Source of the DNA: Pelomyxa schiedti | Taxonomy: Eukaryota; Protista; Evosea | NCBI GenBank assembly: GCA_020536535.1 | Contig: JAHLWZ010000187.1 | Coordinates: forward strand, 62,001-126,000 | DNA length: 64,000 bases | Direction: 5' to 3' | Part shown: one piece after another, positions 1 through 11,670 of the stretch | Position numbering within the stretch: position 1 is the first letter of the stretch | Layout: each line of letters begins with the position of its first letter | Program-made: the position numbers and the translations under genes | Notes under the pieces: model-generated | Told to the model about the DNA's origin: nothing | Databases searched by the model: none | Seen by the model: only the letters and a program-made list of their open reading frames with translations

Positions 1-981
1 AGCAAATACATTGGATGAATTCCTTGCAATTCTTCGCAATGATCCCAAGCTAGCCAATGTAACCCTTGAAAATGTTCAGGTTTGCACTTCTACTTTCTTC
101 ATAGGTTTTCTTAGTTGACCTTGCCAGGCCCGCATGCGCACATTAGTTTTAATGTCAGTGGCTAATCAAGTAAATGGACTTGTAGTAGGAACAGGTGACT
201 TGAGTGAAAAGGCTCTAGGGTGGTGCACGTATTCAGGGGATCATATTGCAAACTACGATGTTAACTGTGGCGTCCCTAAGGTATGAGAGATATTGAGCTA
301 GACTTGTTACTTACCCATTTCCCTTAGACTTTAATACAATTTGTAATACGATGGGTAGCAAACGAACGGGTAACACAGTGGGGAGATGACCCAACCAAGG
401 GCAATGCAACCCTACTGCGCCAAACACTCTTCAGCATTCTAAATACCCCCATTTCTCCCGAATTAGTCCCTCCGGATGCCCATGGAAGAATTGCACAACT
501 CACAGAGGTAGTCCTCACAAATTCTACAGTTAAGAATTGACGCACGGCAGTCTTCTATCGGGCCGTACGAGTTGCATGACTTCTTCTTATATCATTTTGT
601 AAGACACGGCCGCGGTCCCCAAAGGATTCTTGATCTCGCTCGGATTGCGTTTGGAACTAGATACACAGTTGACGAACTTAAAAAGTTCTTCCATTTGAAC
701 TTTTTATAGATTGTCAATGACCAATACACAGGTGGCTGACCATCTTCATCACCCGATTCTTCCGGAACCAATTCAAACGAAGTTGTGCCACGGATGGGCC
801 AAAAGTACTTCCCAAAAACACCACTTACAAACGGGGTCATAGTCATAAATGAGTAACTTTCGAAAACAAACAACACCACTAGGTTGGAATGGTGGCACTA
901 TCACCCAGAGGAGACTGGAGAATGCCATCAGATGCTTCCTGTGATGACTGGATACACCAAATTAAAACCTACACTGAGTGA
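1..981 (+). CDS. nadE: Glutamine-dependent NAD+ synthetase, C-terminal part (5' truncated by window; 4 introns)
   Basis: Spliced translation gives ENVQ|[51 protein letters not shown]|TLIQFVI...[12 protein letters not shown]...AQLTE|[16 protein letters not shown]...K|[25 protein letters not shown]|[17 protein letters not shown]. These are hallmark NadE motifs. The stop is TGA 979-981 unless GTGAGT at 978 is a further donor. Confidence 0.9.
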
Positions 982-1236
982 GTACCTACCGACGAGATTC
1001 TCGATGGTCTTGGCTGGATTGCGAGGAAGCAGTTGCCGGATTAATTTCGATACGAAAAAGGAAAAAAATAGCCGGGCCTATAAATAACTCTTCAATTTTC
1101 CTTTGACAGGAATTAAATTCCTCGCAGTAAAGAATTAAATTTTGCTAACAAATTAAAAAATACAAAAAGAAACCCAATCAGATCCGACCAGGACCAACAC
1201 AACACACTATTAAACAACACGTACAAGGAGCATTCA

Positions 1237-3728
1237 ATGTCAGACGATCCAGCACACCAATCTCATCGTTCCGCGGTGAAAAAACACGGTCTCGACGCTG
1301 GCGATGTAAGACGCAAACGTGAGGAGTACTCTGTGAGCATTCGCAAAAACAAGAGAGAAGAGACCTTGAACAAGCGCAGGAATGTTTCGGAGCTTGTGGC
1401 AAAAGCTACTCAAAATACCCCTGCCCCGCTTATTGTGCCACAACAGACGACTGCTGCGGTGGTCGCAACACAACCAGCCGCGACTGACATCGATTTCGAG
1501 GTTTCGTTGATTTTCATTTCGTGGCGCCTGGGGTGTTTCTTTTTCGCTTTAAGATTGCCAATCTTAATGTGCACTGTGCTTTGTTTGTCTGCAGACCCTT
1601 GAGGACATGGTCGCAGCTTGCAATGGCAACGATTCCTCACTTTGGTATCCCGCCACCCAAAGTATAAGGCAGCTTCTTTCAGTTGGTAGTTATCAACGTT
1701 TCTAGACCTTTTTATCTTTGTAACTTCCCCTTTATATAGAACAGAACCCCCCAATCCCCGAGGTTCTTGACAGCGGAATTTTACCTCGATTGATTCAGTT
1801 TTTAACTGTGGTGCGTTGATTCCTTAGCCGCAGAATCAACTGTTAACAGAGTTATTAGAAGGAACACACAAAACTCCAGTTTGAAGCTGCATGGGCTATT
1901 ACGAATAGTTTGTACTTGAAAGAGGTTTTTTTTTATTCTTAGTTCGTTCTAGTTGCCAGTGGTACCAGCACACAAACCCGAGCTGTACTTGAAGCGGGAG
2001 CAGTTCCTCTTCTTATAGGATTAATGCTCTCCCCTGATCCCGAGCTTAGAGAACAGGTCTCATCCAGTTTTTCTTGTTGGTGGTAATTGCTTGTTGTAGG
2101 CCGTATGGGGTGTTGGAAATATTGCTGGCGATAGCTCCGAGTACCGCGACTACGTTATCAGGTCTGGGATGGTCCCACCACTAATCAGGCTAGTGAGTCT
2201 TGATGCGGGTTCAGTTTCCCTTATCAGAAATGCTGTACGAAATCAAGTTGATGCGTCTCACGGTTCTAATTTTTTTATGTAGACCTGGGCCTTCTCCAAC
2301 CTGTGTAGAGGAAAGCCGGCACCCGACTTTACAGCTCTTAGGCCTGGTACAAAGTTTCACTCCGACATTAGAACCTAATTTTAAAAGCACTTCCCACTTT
2401 GTGTTCACTGCTTCAGTACAATGACATGGATGTTCTCACAGATGCTCTATGGTAATTCTGAGTTTCTCAGTTCACGAGAAGCAAATTAATTTTTTCAGGG
2501 GACTGAGCTACCTCACTGATGGCGGCGATATTCCAAATCAGGCAATCCTTGAGGCTAATATCTGCAAAGTTGTCGTTCCTCTTCTCTCGGTATTTTTACA
2601 TGTTTCGAGATTCTCTCTGACATCCGCTAAGGTGAATAATATAAACATGCAAATCCCTGCTATGCGAGCACTGGGTAATATCGTTACAGGATCGTGTGTT
2701 ACCCTAAATTACTTCTAAGTAAAGTCAACTAACTGTGCAGACATGCTCAAACTCAAGGCGTAATTGATGCTGGTATTTTACCAGCAATGGTTCCTCTGTG
2801 TGCAATTTTTCTTGTATTTCCATAATTTTCTTATCTGATTTCAGTTTGAAAAATCCCAAGAAATGTATCAAGAAAGAGGCTTGTTGGGTGGTATGCACAG
2901 TTTATACCAATCAAACAAAATAATGTTTTTATCCTAGTTGTCAAACATAGCAGCTGGAACAAGGTGGGGTGTTTTCCACTTGTATTTGAAAAACTCATCC
3001 ACTTATCTTTTTCAGAGACCAAGTCCTCGCATTAATCAACAGCAATCTTATTCCACCTTTGGTGTCATGCATGACAAATTCTGATAGGGAAATTGAAAAA
3101 GAAGCATGCTGGGCAATTTGCAATGCAGTAGCGGGTGTGGGTCAAGAACACATAGGGTATTCCTATTCCAGTCTTTCCCGAGTTTTTACAGCCATTCCCT
3201 TAGTTACTTGGTGTCACAGCTGTTTGTGGAACCAATGTGCCAACTCCTTGCTTGTAGCGATAATAAAATGATAACTGTTATTCTAGAGGTATCAATTATT
3301 CTTCTGTTCTCCTACTTATTTCCTTTCGCCAGACAATTGAAACTATTCTCAAGGCTGGGGAGGCAACTACAGCAGGGGAAAATCCGTATATTCAAGTTTT
3401 TGAGGAGGCCAACGCTATTGAATTACTTGAAGACCTACAAGAACACGCCAGCGAACGAATCTTCAACCGAGTTCAACGACTATTCACGGAGTACTTCCAT
3501 GTAGGAGAGGACGGGGATGAAGACGATGAGGAAGAGGAAGAAGAAGGTTCAGGAGAAGGGGACGGAGATGAGGATGTCGCCGAAGGGGACGCAGCACCCG
3601 CCCAGCCGCCCATCACACCCACACCACCACCACCTACAACACAACAACCCACAACCGGGGCATTCCAGTTTGTCACACCTCCAACAAATACTTTCACTGG
3701 TGGATTTTCCTTCACATCACCACCATAA
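1237..3728 (+). CDS. KPNA: Importin subunit alpha (IBB domain + ARM repeats, acidic/Pro-rich tail)
   Basis: IBB motif RRKREEYSVSIRKNKREETLNKRRN. ARM motifs LQFEAAWAITNIASG, AVWGVGNIAGD, ALRALGNIVTG, KKEACW, EIEKEACWAICNA lie across about 14 short introns. Stop TAA 3726-3728. Confidence 0.93.
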
Positions 3729-3929
3729 ACATTTCATTTGAGGAAGAAATTCGATAATTTTGTTTGTTTTCTTTCCGTTTGGTTTTGTTTTTTTTTTTTT
3801 ATTCTATGCGGTACTGTTCAAGGTTTTAATAGACAGACTACGTTGTATGTAATTTTACAAATACATCCAGCCTAAAAAGAAAAAGATTAGTACGTTGTAG
3901 AGGAAAAATCCTAAGTACCTTTTAGTAAG

Positions 3930-4967
3930 TCACTCTGTTTGTAAGACTGACCATGTTACAAGGGAAGATATTCCAACACCAAGCAAAACGGCGCCAATGG
4001 TAGCCTTGATGAGATGTTTGGGAACCTTGAGTACCATGATGGTTCCACACACAGTTCCCACAAGTTGGCCGGCCACAAGTGCCAGCAGCAGTTGCCAATA
4101 GTCCGAAACAACAGTGAATTTCCACGACATTACATTTACCGCGAACGCGGCGCTGCTTACGAGCGTGAGTAGGCTTGCTGTGCCGGTGGCTGTGTGCAAT
4201 GCAACGTCGGTATGAGTTACTAGTACAACAACATTGAATGCACCACTGCCCCAGCCAAAGAATCCAACCGTGGCGTAGCACCCAAAGTTGAATAGTATGA
4301 AGAATCCAATGATGATCGCTTTGTGAACGTGAAACCGCCGCAGAAAGACCCATTGGATGGGAACTTTCCGCTCGTCTTGCTCAACTTCAGGGTCGCCGGC
4401 GGGATTACCGGTTTTGGGTAATAGCATCTGAGTTCCCTCATTTGGAATGTCGATAGTAATAATGCTCACTTCAGACTCAGTACCGCTGAGAGAGTCGCTG
4501 GGAGAATCTGGTTCCGTCAACCTGGACTGTAATTTGTTTGCTTCGCTTTTTGTCTGTGCTCGCTTCCAGGATTTGTACTTCATGATAATGTCATAAAGGC
4601 CCACACCCAGCATTCCCGCTCCAAGGAGAAATGCTATGATAGCAGAGCCAGTCTCGAAAAACGACTGACTTCTCATTACTAGCTCATGCAAGAGACCAAC
4701 TGTTATTTTTAAGTGTTGTTATTTGAGGTGTGCCTTATAACATACTTATTACAGTTATTTCGACAACCGCCATTGCCATTCCCAGAGCTATCCACCCCGG
4801 GGCCTTCCAAATGTACTTTTGCTCCGAATACACTGCAGTAATTGCAGCACTGGAAGCAATATCCATACAACAAGCAATGAGCAGTACATCATATAAATTC
4901 CAGCATTCAAATAGCAACAAAACGGGCACTATCATCATCCATGCTTTTTTTTGTATCTATGAGGAAA

Positions 4968-5008
<41 letters not shown>

Positions 5009-5111
5009 AAGAAAGGAACCCACCTGAGGCACCAAGAGAAGCGGCACCCAACCCTGTTATGAATGAAAGTGGAACTACAATCCACACTTGCCCACCGCAC
5101 TCACTTAACAT
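3930..5111 (-). CDS. Sulfite exporter TauE/SafE-family membrane protein
   Basis: Two internal TauE-like repeats: GLGAASLGAS|AWMMIVPVLLLF and GFFGWGSGAFNVVVL...HTATGTASLL. About 8-9 TM segments with a cytosolic loop. Two introns, ATG at 5111. Confidence 0.68.
4969..5006. repeat. 38-nt poly(A) (poly(T) on the coding strand) inside intron 1 of the TauE gene
   Basis: Homopolymer seen directly in the sequence. Confidence 0.95.
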
Positions 5112-5570
5112 TGTACTGTTGTGGTTGTTCAAATAGTATTACGAAATGAGAAGTAGAACGACGAATAGGTTGTAGTATCCCTCCAGTCTCCTCAAAACAG
5201 TGACCAGAGGGAAAAGAACTTTCGTTTGAATTAGGTATAATAGATGCACGTCTCCTTTTTTTGGATACTGAAAGCCCGGATCCTGGATCTGACTTGCCCC
5301 TCATCACACCATTGTAACAGGACCGTAGATTCCCACGGCACTGACCACTGTGATTTACTCCCTCTGGGTATCTTCTTGGAGCTTATCTACTCCTAGACAC
5401 AAATAACCAGTGATGAGAGCACCTGTGCTTGATGTCCCGGAACTCCGATCTCAAAGCCTTTTCTTGTCATTGCCGGCAGACTGTACAAATAAGTACCAGA
5501 GTAAAAGCCCGGAAGTGTCAAAACAAAAAAAACCTTGCTTCTGTCCGTTCAAAACCATAAAGACCGAGAA

Positions 5571-8500
5571 ATGACGAGCCACACCTCGACCTTGCTTAGA
5601 CTTACTCGGACCGAAACCCCGTGCAACTGTAGTGTTTGTGAGTACGTAGATCTTGCTCTTATCGTTTCGTCCGTTTGACAAGTTTAAGTGCCGAGGCTAG
5701 GGCGAAGCACCACCATTACGTGTGCAAAGGTATTTTCTTTTTTTGAGTTCGTACATTAAAAAATAACTGTGGGGCAGACTGCGGTACGGTGATACATCAA
5801 ACGTGTCTTGATAAAGCCTCGCAGACAATATGCTTGAACACTGACGCCACACCACTCCACCGAGTTTCTTCACGGCGAGGTACGTCGTAGTCTTACTAAT
5901 TTGTTCCTCACACTGGCAGTGAGTTTTGGCGGCGGCATTCCCCGGGCCAGTTCCACCCCATCCACCTCCACAGGCCGCCGCTGTAGCTTTTCTGTCAGCA
6001 CTCCTCCTGTTGTGTCCCCTGTTGGCTCTCCAGTTTCAACCCCACGAAACATGACTGATGAAATGTCCATTTCTAAGGCTATGGGCCTGGATGATCCTAA
6101 TTTGGAGCCTGCATTTGCAGCTGCTGCTGCGGCCGCTGCTAGGGCTATAGCTGCTGCCAATTCTGCTGCTGCCGCCGCAGCCAGTGTGGCATCCCTTTAT
6201 GCGGAAATGGAAAAACCTGGTAAGACTAGAGAGCCAGGTCTTAGAACCTCTCGCTCTGACGGTTCGCATAAACACCATACAAGCCCTTCCCCGAGTTACA
6301 AACATAGTGGTCACCATAGTCATTCACGCAATGGAAGTGGCAATAATGGAAATAACAGCGAAGGCAGCATTCAAAGTCCTGGTTTACCTTCGGCGGATGC
6401 TAGCCCAAGTGAGAGTATGATTGCAACTGTGTCAGCAGTTAAGGAAGAACATGTGACGTTTATTCAAGGAATACTGAGACAAAAGTTTCTTTTGAAATTC
6501 TACACACATATGCGGGGTACCTATGCCACTTGGATTCTCTAAATAAATTAAGTCCCTTTTTCAGCAAAGTCCGATAAAATTGGGAGTATTCTGGAGGAAC
6601 TTGTTGGCACAGAACAAAATTATGTTAACCATATGAAGAATGTGTTGAAGGTAAAGAAATTATTAACATCCTTTAATATTCTTTAACTTCTCTTTAGTTT
6701 TTTATAGAGCCCCTTTCTCACAAATTCGCAACATCTGATCGGTGTAATATTCCAAGTTTCATGCCGAATGCCTTGGCCACCCTTGTTCCTATTTTATCCT
6801 TCACCGTCGATCTTCTAGCTGCTTTTCAGCAGTTAATCTCTAATTACTCCTATCTTTACAGTAATCTAAATAAGGGAGCAATCCGTTGAGAATATAGCCA
6901 ACACATTTATGGGAGAGCCTATAGCCAGCATGGTTTCTATTTATACACCATTCCTCGAAAATCATTTCAAGTTGTCCAATTGCTTATTGACAAGGCGTAA
7001 AATCCCAGATCTGGATTCCTTTGTTAAAGTAATCCCCCCCTTTTTTTTTGTGTTGGTTTTAAACATAACCAAATAGCAACAAATGCAAGCAGCCAAGAAA
7101 GCAGGCATAACGAACTTTGATTTGCAAGAGCTTTTGATCACCCCCGTTCAGAGAATTTCGCGATGTGGGTTAACTCCTTCCATACTGTTCTGTTAATTTC
7201 TGCACAGATAAAATGTTACTTGCAGTATGGCACATCATTTTTCTTTCTTTTTTTTTATTGTAAGCGAGGCTAAAACTTCCCACCCCCCGCTTCTCAGGAT
7301 CTACTGAAAGTATAGCCATTCACTTTACCAATCACTCAAAAATCATTCCCAAAAGGAAACCTCTAAATTTGCTCCGTACTATGATAAACTGCAAGCAGCA
7401 CTTGATAGAATATCAAGCATTGCTAATGATATCAATAAAGCGCAATCCTCTGATAGCTGTAAGATATAATAATTTCCACTTCACCTAAAAAAAAACCAGC
7501 TGCTCTTATTGAGATTTCTGTGGACTATACACTGGATCCGTTTGTTCGTGTTTACTCCCTATTACGAGTTGGAAATGAGATATGGTGTGGCTGCGATGAC
7601 GGTACTTTGCAGCTCTACAACAGTCAGACCAGGGAGCATGTTTGTGTAATAGCACTCGATACAACAGCAACAGCAACAACAACAGTCAATACCACAGGCA
7701 CTGTTCCTGTCAGTGTGAAACTGTCAAAGCACAATCGTATGCACCGAGCACATTCAACCGTATCGTCGGAATCGTCACAGCACGAAACGCATGAGAAGCG
7801 TGTGTGGTCAATGTGCCTATGCAATACAACAGGGACAGTATTTTGTGGGATTGAACTAGCCAATGTGGTTGCTGTTGACTCGAAGGCCAGGAGTGTGATG
7901 GGAATGCTGCAAATATTTTCTTCCTCCAAGTCAGTTGTGCAGAGCTTGACAGTGGTGTCACCAGGTGTAGCATGGTGTGCCAGTGGGAGAGAAGGAACGC
8001 TTGTAGTGTGCAGTGTTGCTGATGGCTCCCTGAAGACCATCGCGCAAGTTCCCCTTGGTACTGAGCTCGCGCCCAACTGCCTGTGCTATGTACCAGAGGC
8101 AGAACAGGTGTGGGTGGGGTCTTATGCTAGCCTAGGAATTTGTTGCTCCAAAACAAACAAACTCCTTCTGACAGTACCGGTTTTCGGACACAAGAGAATT
8201 GCAGGTATGACAGTGCATGAAGGCAAAGTTTGGTGCATTATTGGCGGAAGGGTGTTGGTTTGGCAGCCATCCACACCTGCACAGAGACCCCCTGCTACTA
8301 CATCCTCAAATACCGCCCAACAGGACTTACTAAGACCTCAGCTACTCCAGAGATTAGATGTATGCTCGCAACTACTCACCGGGTTACATCTATTTTCATA
8401 CCCCGACATTATGCAAATACTGATTACCACCCGCCGCGACAATGGTCTGTTCCTTTTTGATGCACAGTCCTACGAAGTTGTAGGCAACTCCTCCGTGAAA

Positions 8501-8839
8501 ACCGCCCTTTCACAGCCAATTCCAATAACCTTTGGACCCAACGTAGTCTCCACCGTAGTAGCGGACACTCTAACACCCTCACTTCCCAACATTAATCCGC
8601 ACCCCGAGGAACCCACCAACCCAATTTCACTCGCGGCGTCGTGCCTTGCCACGGCCGCATCCATCCTTCTGCCCAGCCATACACCAGCTGCCCCTCCTGC
8701 AACAACCACATCACCACCCGCAACAGCAGAGTCATCATCATCCTACATACCACCAAAGAGGGGCACTCTGGACGTGTGGGCCAACTCTGTAGAAGGCCCG
8801 CGACTCCTTGTGGTATTCCGAGTCAAAATGCTTCTCTGA
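5571..8839 (+). CDS. RhoGEF: C1 zinc finger + DH domain + C-terminal WD40-like beta-propeller
   Basis: Spliced N-terminus MTSHTSTLLRLTRTETPCNCSVCD|LSAEARAKHHHYVCKD|CGTVIHQTCLDKASQTIC (C1 pattern). DH motifs ILEELVGTEQNYVNHMKNVLK, LQELLITPVQRISR, LQAALDRISSIANDINK. The last exon (7500-8839) has propeller-type repeats (EIWCGCDDGTL, QVWVGS, KVWC). Confidence 0.8.
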
Positions 8840-8982
8840 AGACACCACCCTATTTGCCCTAGTAATACAACCACTATTTAACATTCCTCGAATTTTTCCT
8901 GTCGTTTCTATCGTTCTATTGATTGAGCAAGTTGTCGTTCGTTCCGCGAAGAATTGCCGTGGGCGAGCAAACAACGAATGAG

Positions 8983-10316
8983 ATGGAGGGAGACACCGAC
9001 ACACCCATAAGCGTAAGCCACGAGGCATCGCCGCCATCAAATGACCGTGTATTATACACGACTACTACTAGCACGGCAGCGCCGGCAAAGAAGGTGGTTT
9101 TGGCCGCCTCTGAATCCGACGACTCTCCGTCGGCAGCCAGTTCAACGACGACGATCACGGCGACATCGCCGGTGAGAAAAACGGCCCCGGTCAGATCGTT
9201 GTACCCACGCAGCACGTGGACATTGGCAGATTTCGAGATTGCGAAGAACTTGGGAGGCGGCAAATTTGGAACTGTATATTTGGCCAGGCACATTGACAAG
9301 TGAGTGTGTTGCCAGGCTGAGGCAGCATCTGATGAAAGATGAAATTAAAACGCTGATCACTCTATATCTACTTTTAGGAACTTCATTGTTGCTCTCAAAG
9401 CAATTTCCAAGGCTGCTCTGCGGAAATCCAAAATCCAGCACCAATTGAGAAGTGAGATAGAAATACAAGCTCACCTGAGGTATCTCTAATAGCTTAAATA
9501 GGACACTTATGAATCCCATTAGGCACCCCAATATCCTGCGAATTTATGGCGTCTTTCACGACAAGAACTATGTGTACCTTATACTGGAATATGCACAGTA
9601 TGGTGAAGTATTCACAGAACTACAGAAAGCCAAGTACTATGATGAAATGAAAGCTGCCCGAGTAAGTTTTCTGAATAAAAGAAAAATAACAAAATTGCTA
9701 TGTCAACTTTAATTTAGTACATAAAAGCTGTAGCGAGTGCCCTTGATTATTGTCACAGTAGACATGTCATTCACAGAGACATTAAAGTATTAGGAGGCTC
9801 TTCTCTCAGCATTTTTCGCTCAAAACAATCTTTACTAGCCAGAGAATCTACTAATTGGTAGTGGACATCAAATAAAGATAGCTGACTTTGGCTGGTCTGC
9901 ACGGGCTAGAAATCACCCCAGAAAAACATTTTGTGGTACACCTGAATACCTGGCACCAGAAATAATAAACGTAAACCCTACACCAAGCTTTTTAACCTAA
10001 CACACAAAAAGAACAAGCCACATAATATAGGTGTTGATGTTTGGGGACTTGGTGTACTCACCTTTGAATTCCTTAATGGAAGCCCACCATTTGAGGGGGA
10101 AGAATTCAAAGAAATCGTTAGTAAAATCAAGCAGAGGCAATTCACGTGGCCTTCACTTATCAAGGAAGATGCTAGAGACTTCATATTAAAAGTATGGTTA
10201 GCAAGCACACTCGTTCTACTAATTTTTCGTATTGTTAGTTGATGAAACAATCACCTGAGGAACGAATGAGCTTGAAAGATGTTCCCAAACACCCCTGGAT
10301 TGTCAAGAACACATAA
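8983..10316 (+). CDS. AURK: Aurora kinase
   Basis: [23 protein letters not shown]; [19 protein letters not shown]; HRDIKPENLL; IADFGWS; [12 protein letters not shown]; VDVWGLGVL; ends HPWIVKNT*. Ser/Thr-rich N-terminus. Confidence 0.93.
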
Positions 10317-10482
10317 TAATAACCTCTCCTTTTCTTTTTCTTTTTCTTTTTTTACGAAGTTGAATTCCCCTGGCTTTCACAGCCTGGTTCATGTCCCTGT
10401 GAACACATCCACCACTGTAACATTCAGCAATAGTAGATTGCTTTGTTTCCAGCATTAGGAGCCTCCTGCATAACTGGATCAT

Positions 10483-10637
10483 GGGTGAAGGGGTGAAGGT
10501 CCGTGTTTTCCTCTATGAAGTCTTCGCCAAAGACCCAAGGGGTGAAGGTTTTTGCTGTCTCTTTCCTCTGGAAACCTTTGCCCCATGGCGTGGGGTGAAG
10601 ATTTTGCTAGTGCATATACGGCCAACATCTTCTCTCT
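10483..10637 (+). repeat. Degenerate ~50-bp tandem triplet; each unit can fold into a hairpin with a GGGGTGAAG 5' arm
   Basis: GGGTGAAG occurs at 10483, 10491, 10540 and 10593. Complementary 3' arms are TCTTCGCC (10521-10528), AAACCTTTGCCCC (10572-10584) and ATCTTCTCTC (10627-10636). The region is intergenic with no ORF. Confidence 0.55.
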
Positions 10638-11056
10638 TGCTTCTTCCCAATTGAGAATGAACCTCAGAAGTCAATTTCTCACCAGAATTAGCGTGTGTGG
10701 AAGTCCGCGGGGTTTACCGGTTACCGGTTAACCCACCATAGTTTAAAGATGATTACAACAAACACCAGTATACCCTTCTTCATTTTTTCAAGAACATCAA
10801 GTTTTTTTTATTATGGAGGACAGAATCGTTGAGCATCCAATTTGTGGTGTGCAATGAAGGGGTGATGTGTAGTATGTGCGGATGCTCAAGCTTGACTGAG
10901 GATTCTCTCACTCTTTCCAGAAAGGGCGAAAAACAAAAAATGACAACGTGGGCACTTCGTTTTCAGCCTTGATCGCTTTTAACTAAGGACAAAAACATCG
11001 GATCAAATAAAAAAGAAAACAACACAACAACCAAGCAAAGAACAAAAACAACAACA

Positions 11057-11449
11057 ATGGGATCAGTGTTTGCCAAGTTGTTTTCGGGACTGGGGAGGAA
11101 GGACATGAGGATTCTGATGGTTGGGNNNNNNNNNNNNNNNNNNNNNNNNNNNNNNNNNNNNNNNNNNNNNNNNNNNNNNNNNNNNNNNNNNNNNNNNNNN
11201 NNNNNNNNNNNNNNNNNNNNNNNNNTCCAGAAGATGCTCAACGAGGACGAGCTCAGAGAGGCCGTGGTCCTGGTCTTTGCCAACAAGCAGGACTTGCCCA
11301 ACGCGATGACGGTCTCTGAGCTCACAGACAAGCTCGGGATGCACACTCTGAGGAACAGGAAGTGGTTCATCCAGGCCACGTGCGCAACATCGGGTGATGG
11401 GCTCTATGAGGGCCTCGATTGGTTGTCCCACAACCTCGGCCGCTCTTGA
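11057..11449 (+). CDS. ARF: ADP-ribosylation factor (Arf1-like small GTPase), interrupted by an assembly gap
   Basis: MGSVFAKLF (myristoylation Gly2), [41 protein letters not shown]. Confidence 0.92.
   Translation: MGSVFAKLFSGLGRKDMRILMVGXXXXXXXXXXXXXXXXXXXXXXXXXXXXXXXXXXQKMLNEDELREAVVLVFANKQDLPNAMTVSELTDKLGMHTLRNRKWFIQATCATSGDGLYEGLDWLSHNLGRS
11126..11225. other. Scaffold gap (exactly 100 N)
   Basis: Run of 100 N inside the Arf CDS. Confidence 0.99.
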
Positions 11450-11670
11450 TTGAATGTGACTCATGAATCAAATTCATTGACCACTCACTCACAAAGGATG
11501 TTGTCACTTGTTCTCACTTGTGTCGGGAACAATGTAATGTATCTAAAAAAAAAACATATTTTAGTTTTTGATTCGTTCTTTTTGTTTGGGCTTAATGGAC
11601 AATGGTACATGGGCTGGCTTCGGAATTTGCTATTTCCGGCTTATGCAAGGTACACTGCTTGTTTCAGTGT

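Noticed and set aside
10699-10708. GGAAGTCC resembling RNase P/MRP CR-I
   Set aside because: No complementary CR-V/P4 strand was found downstream.
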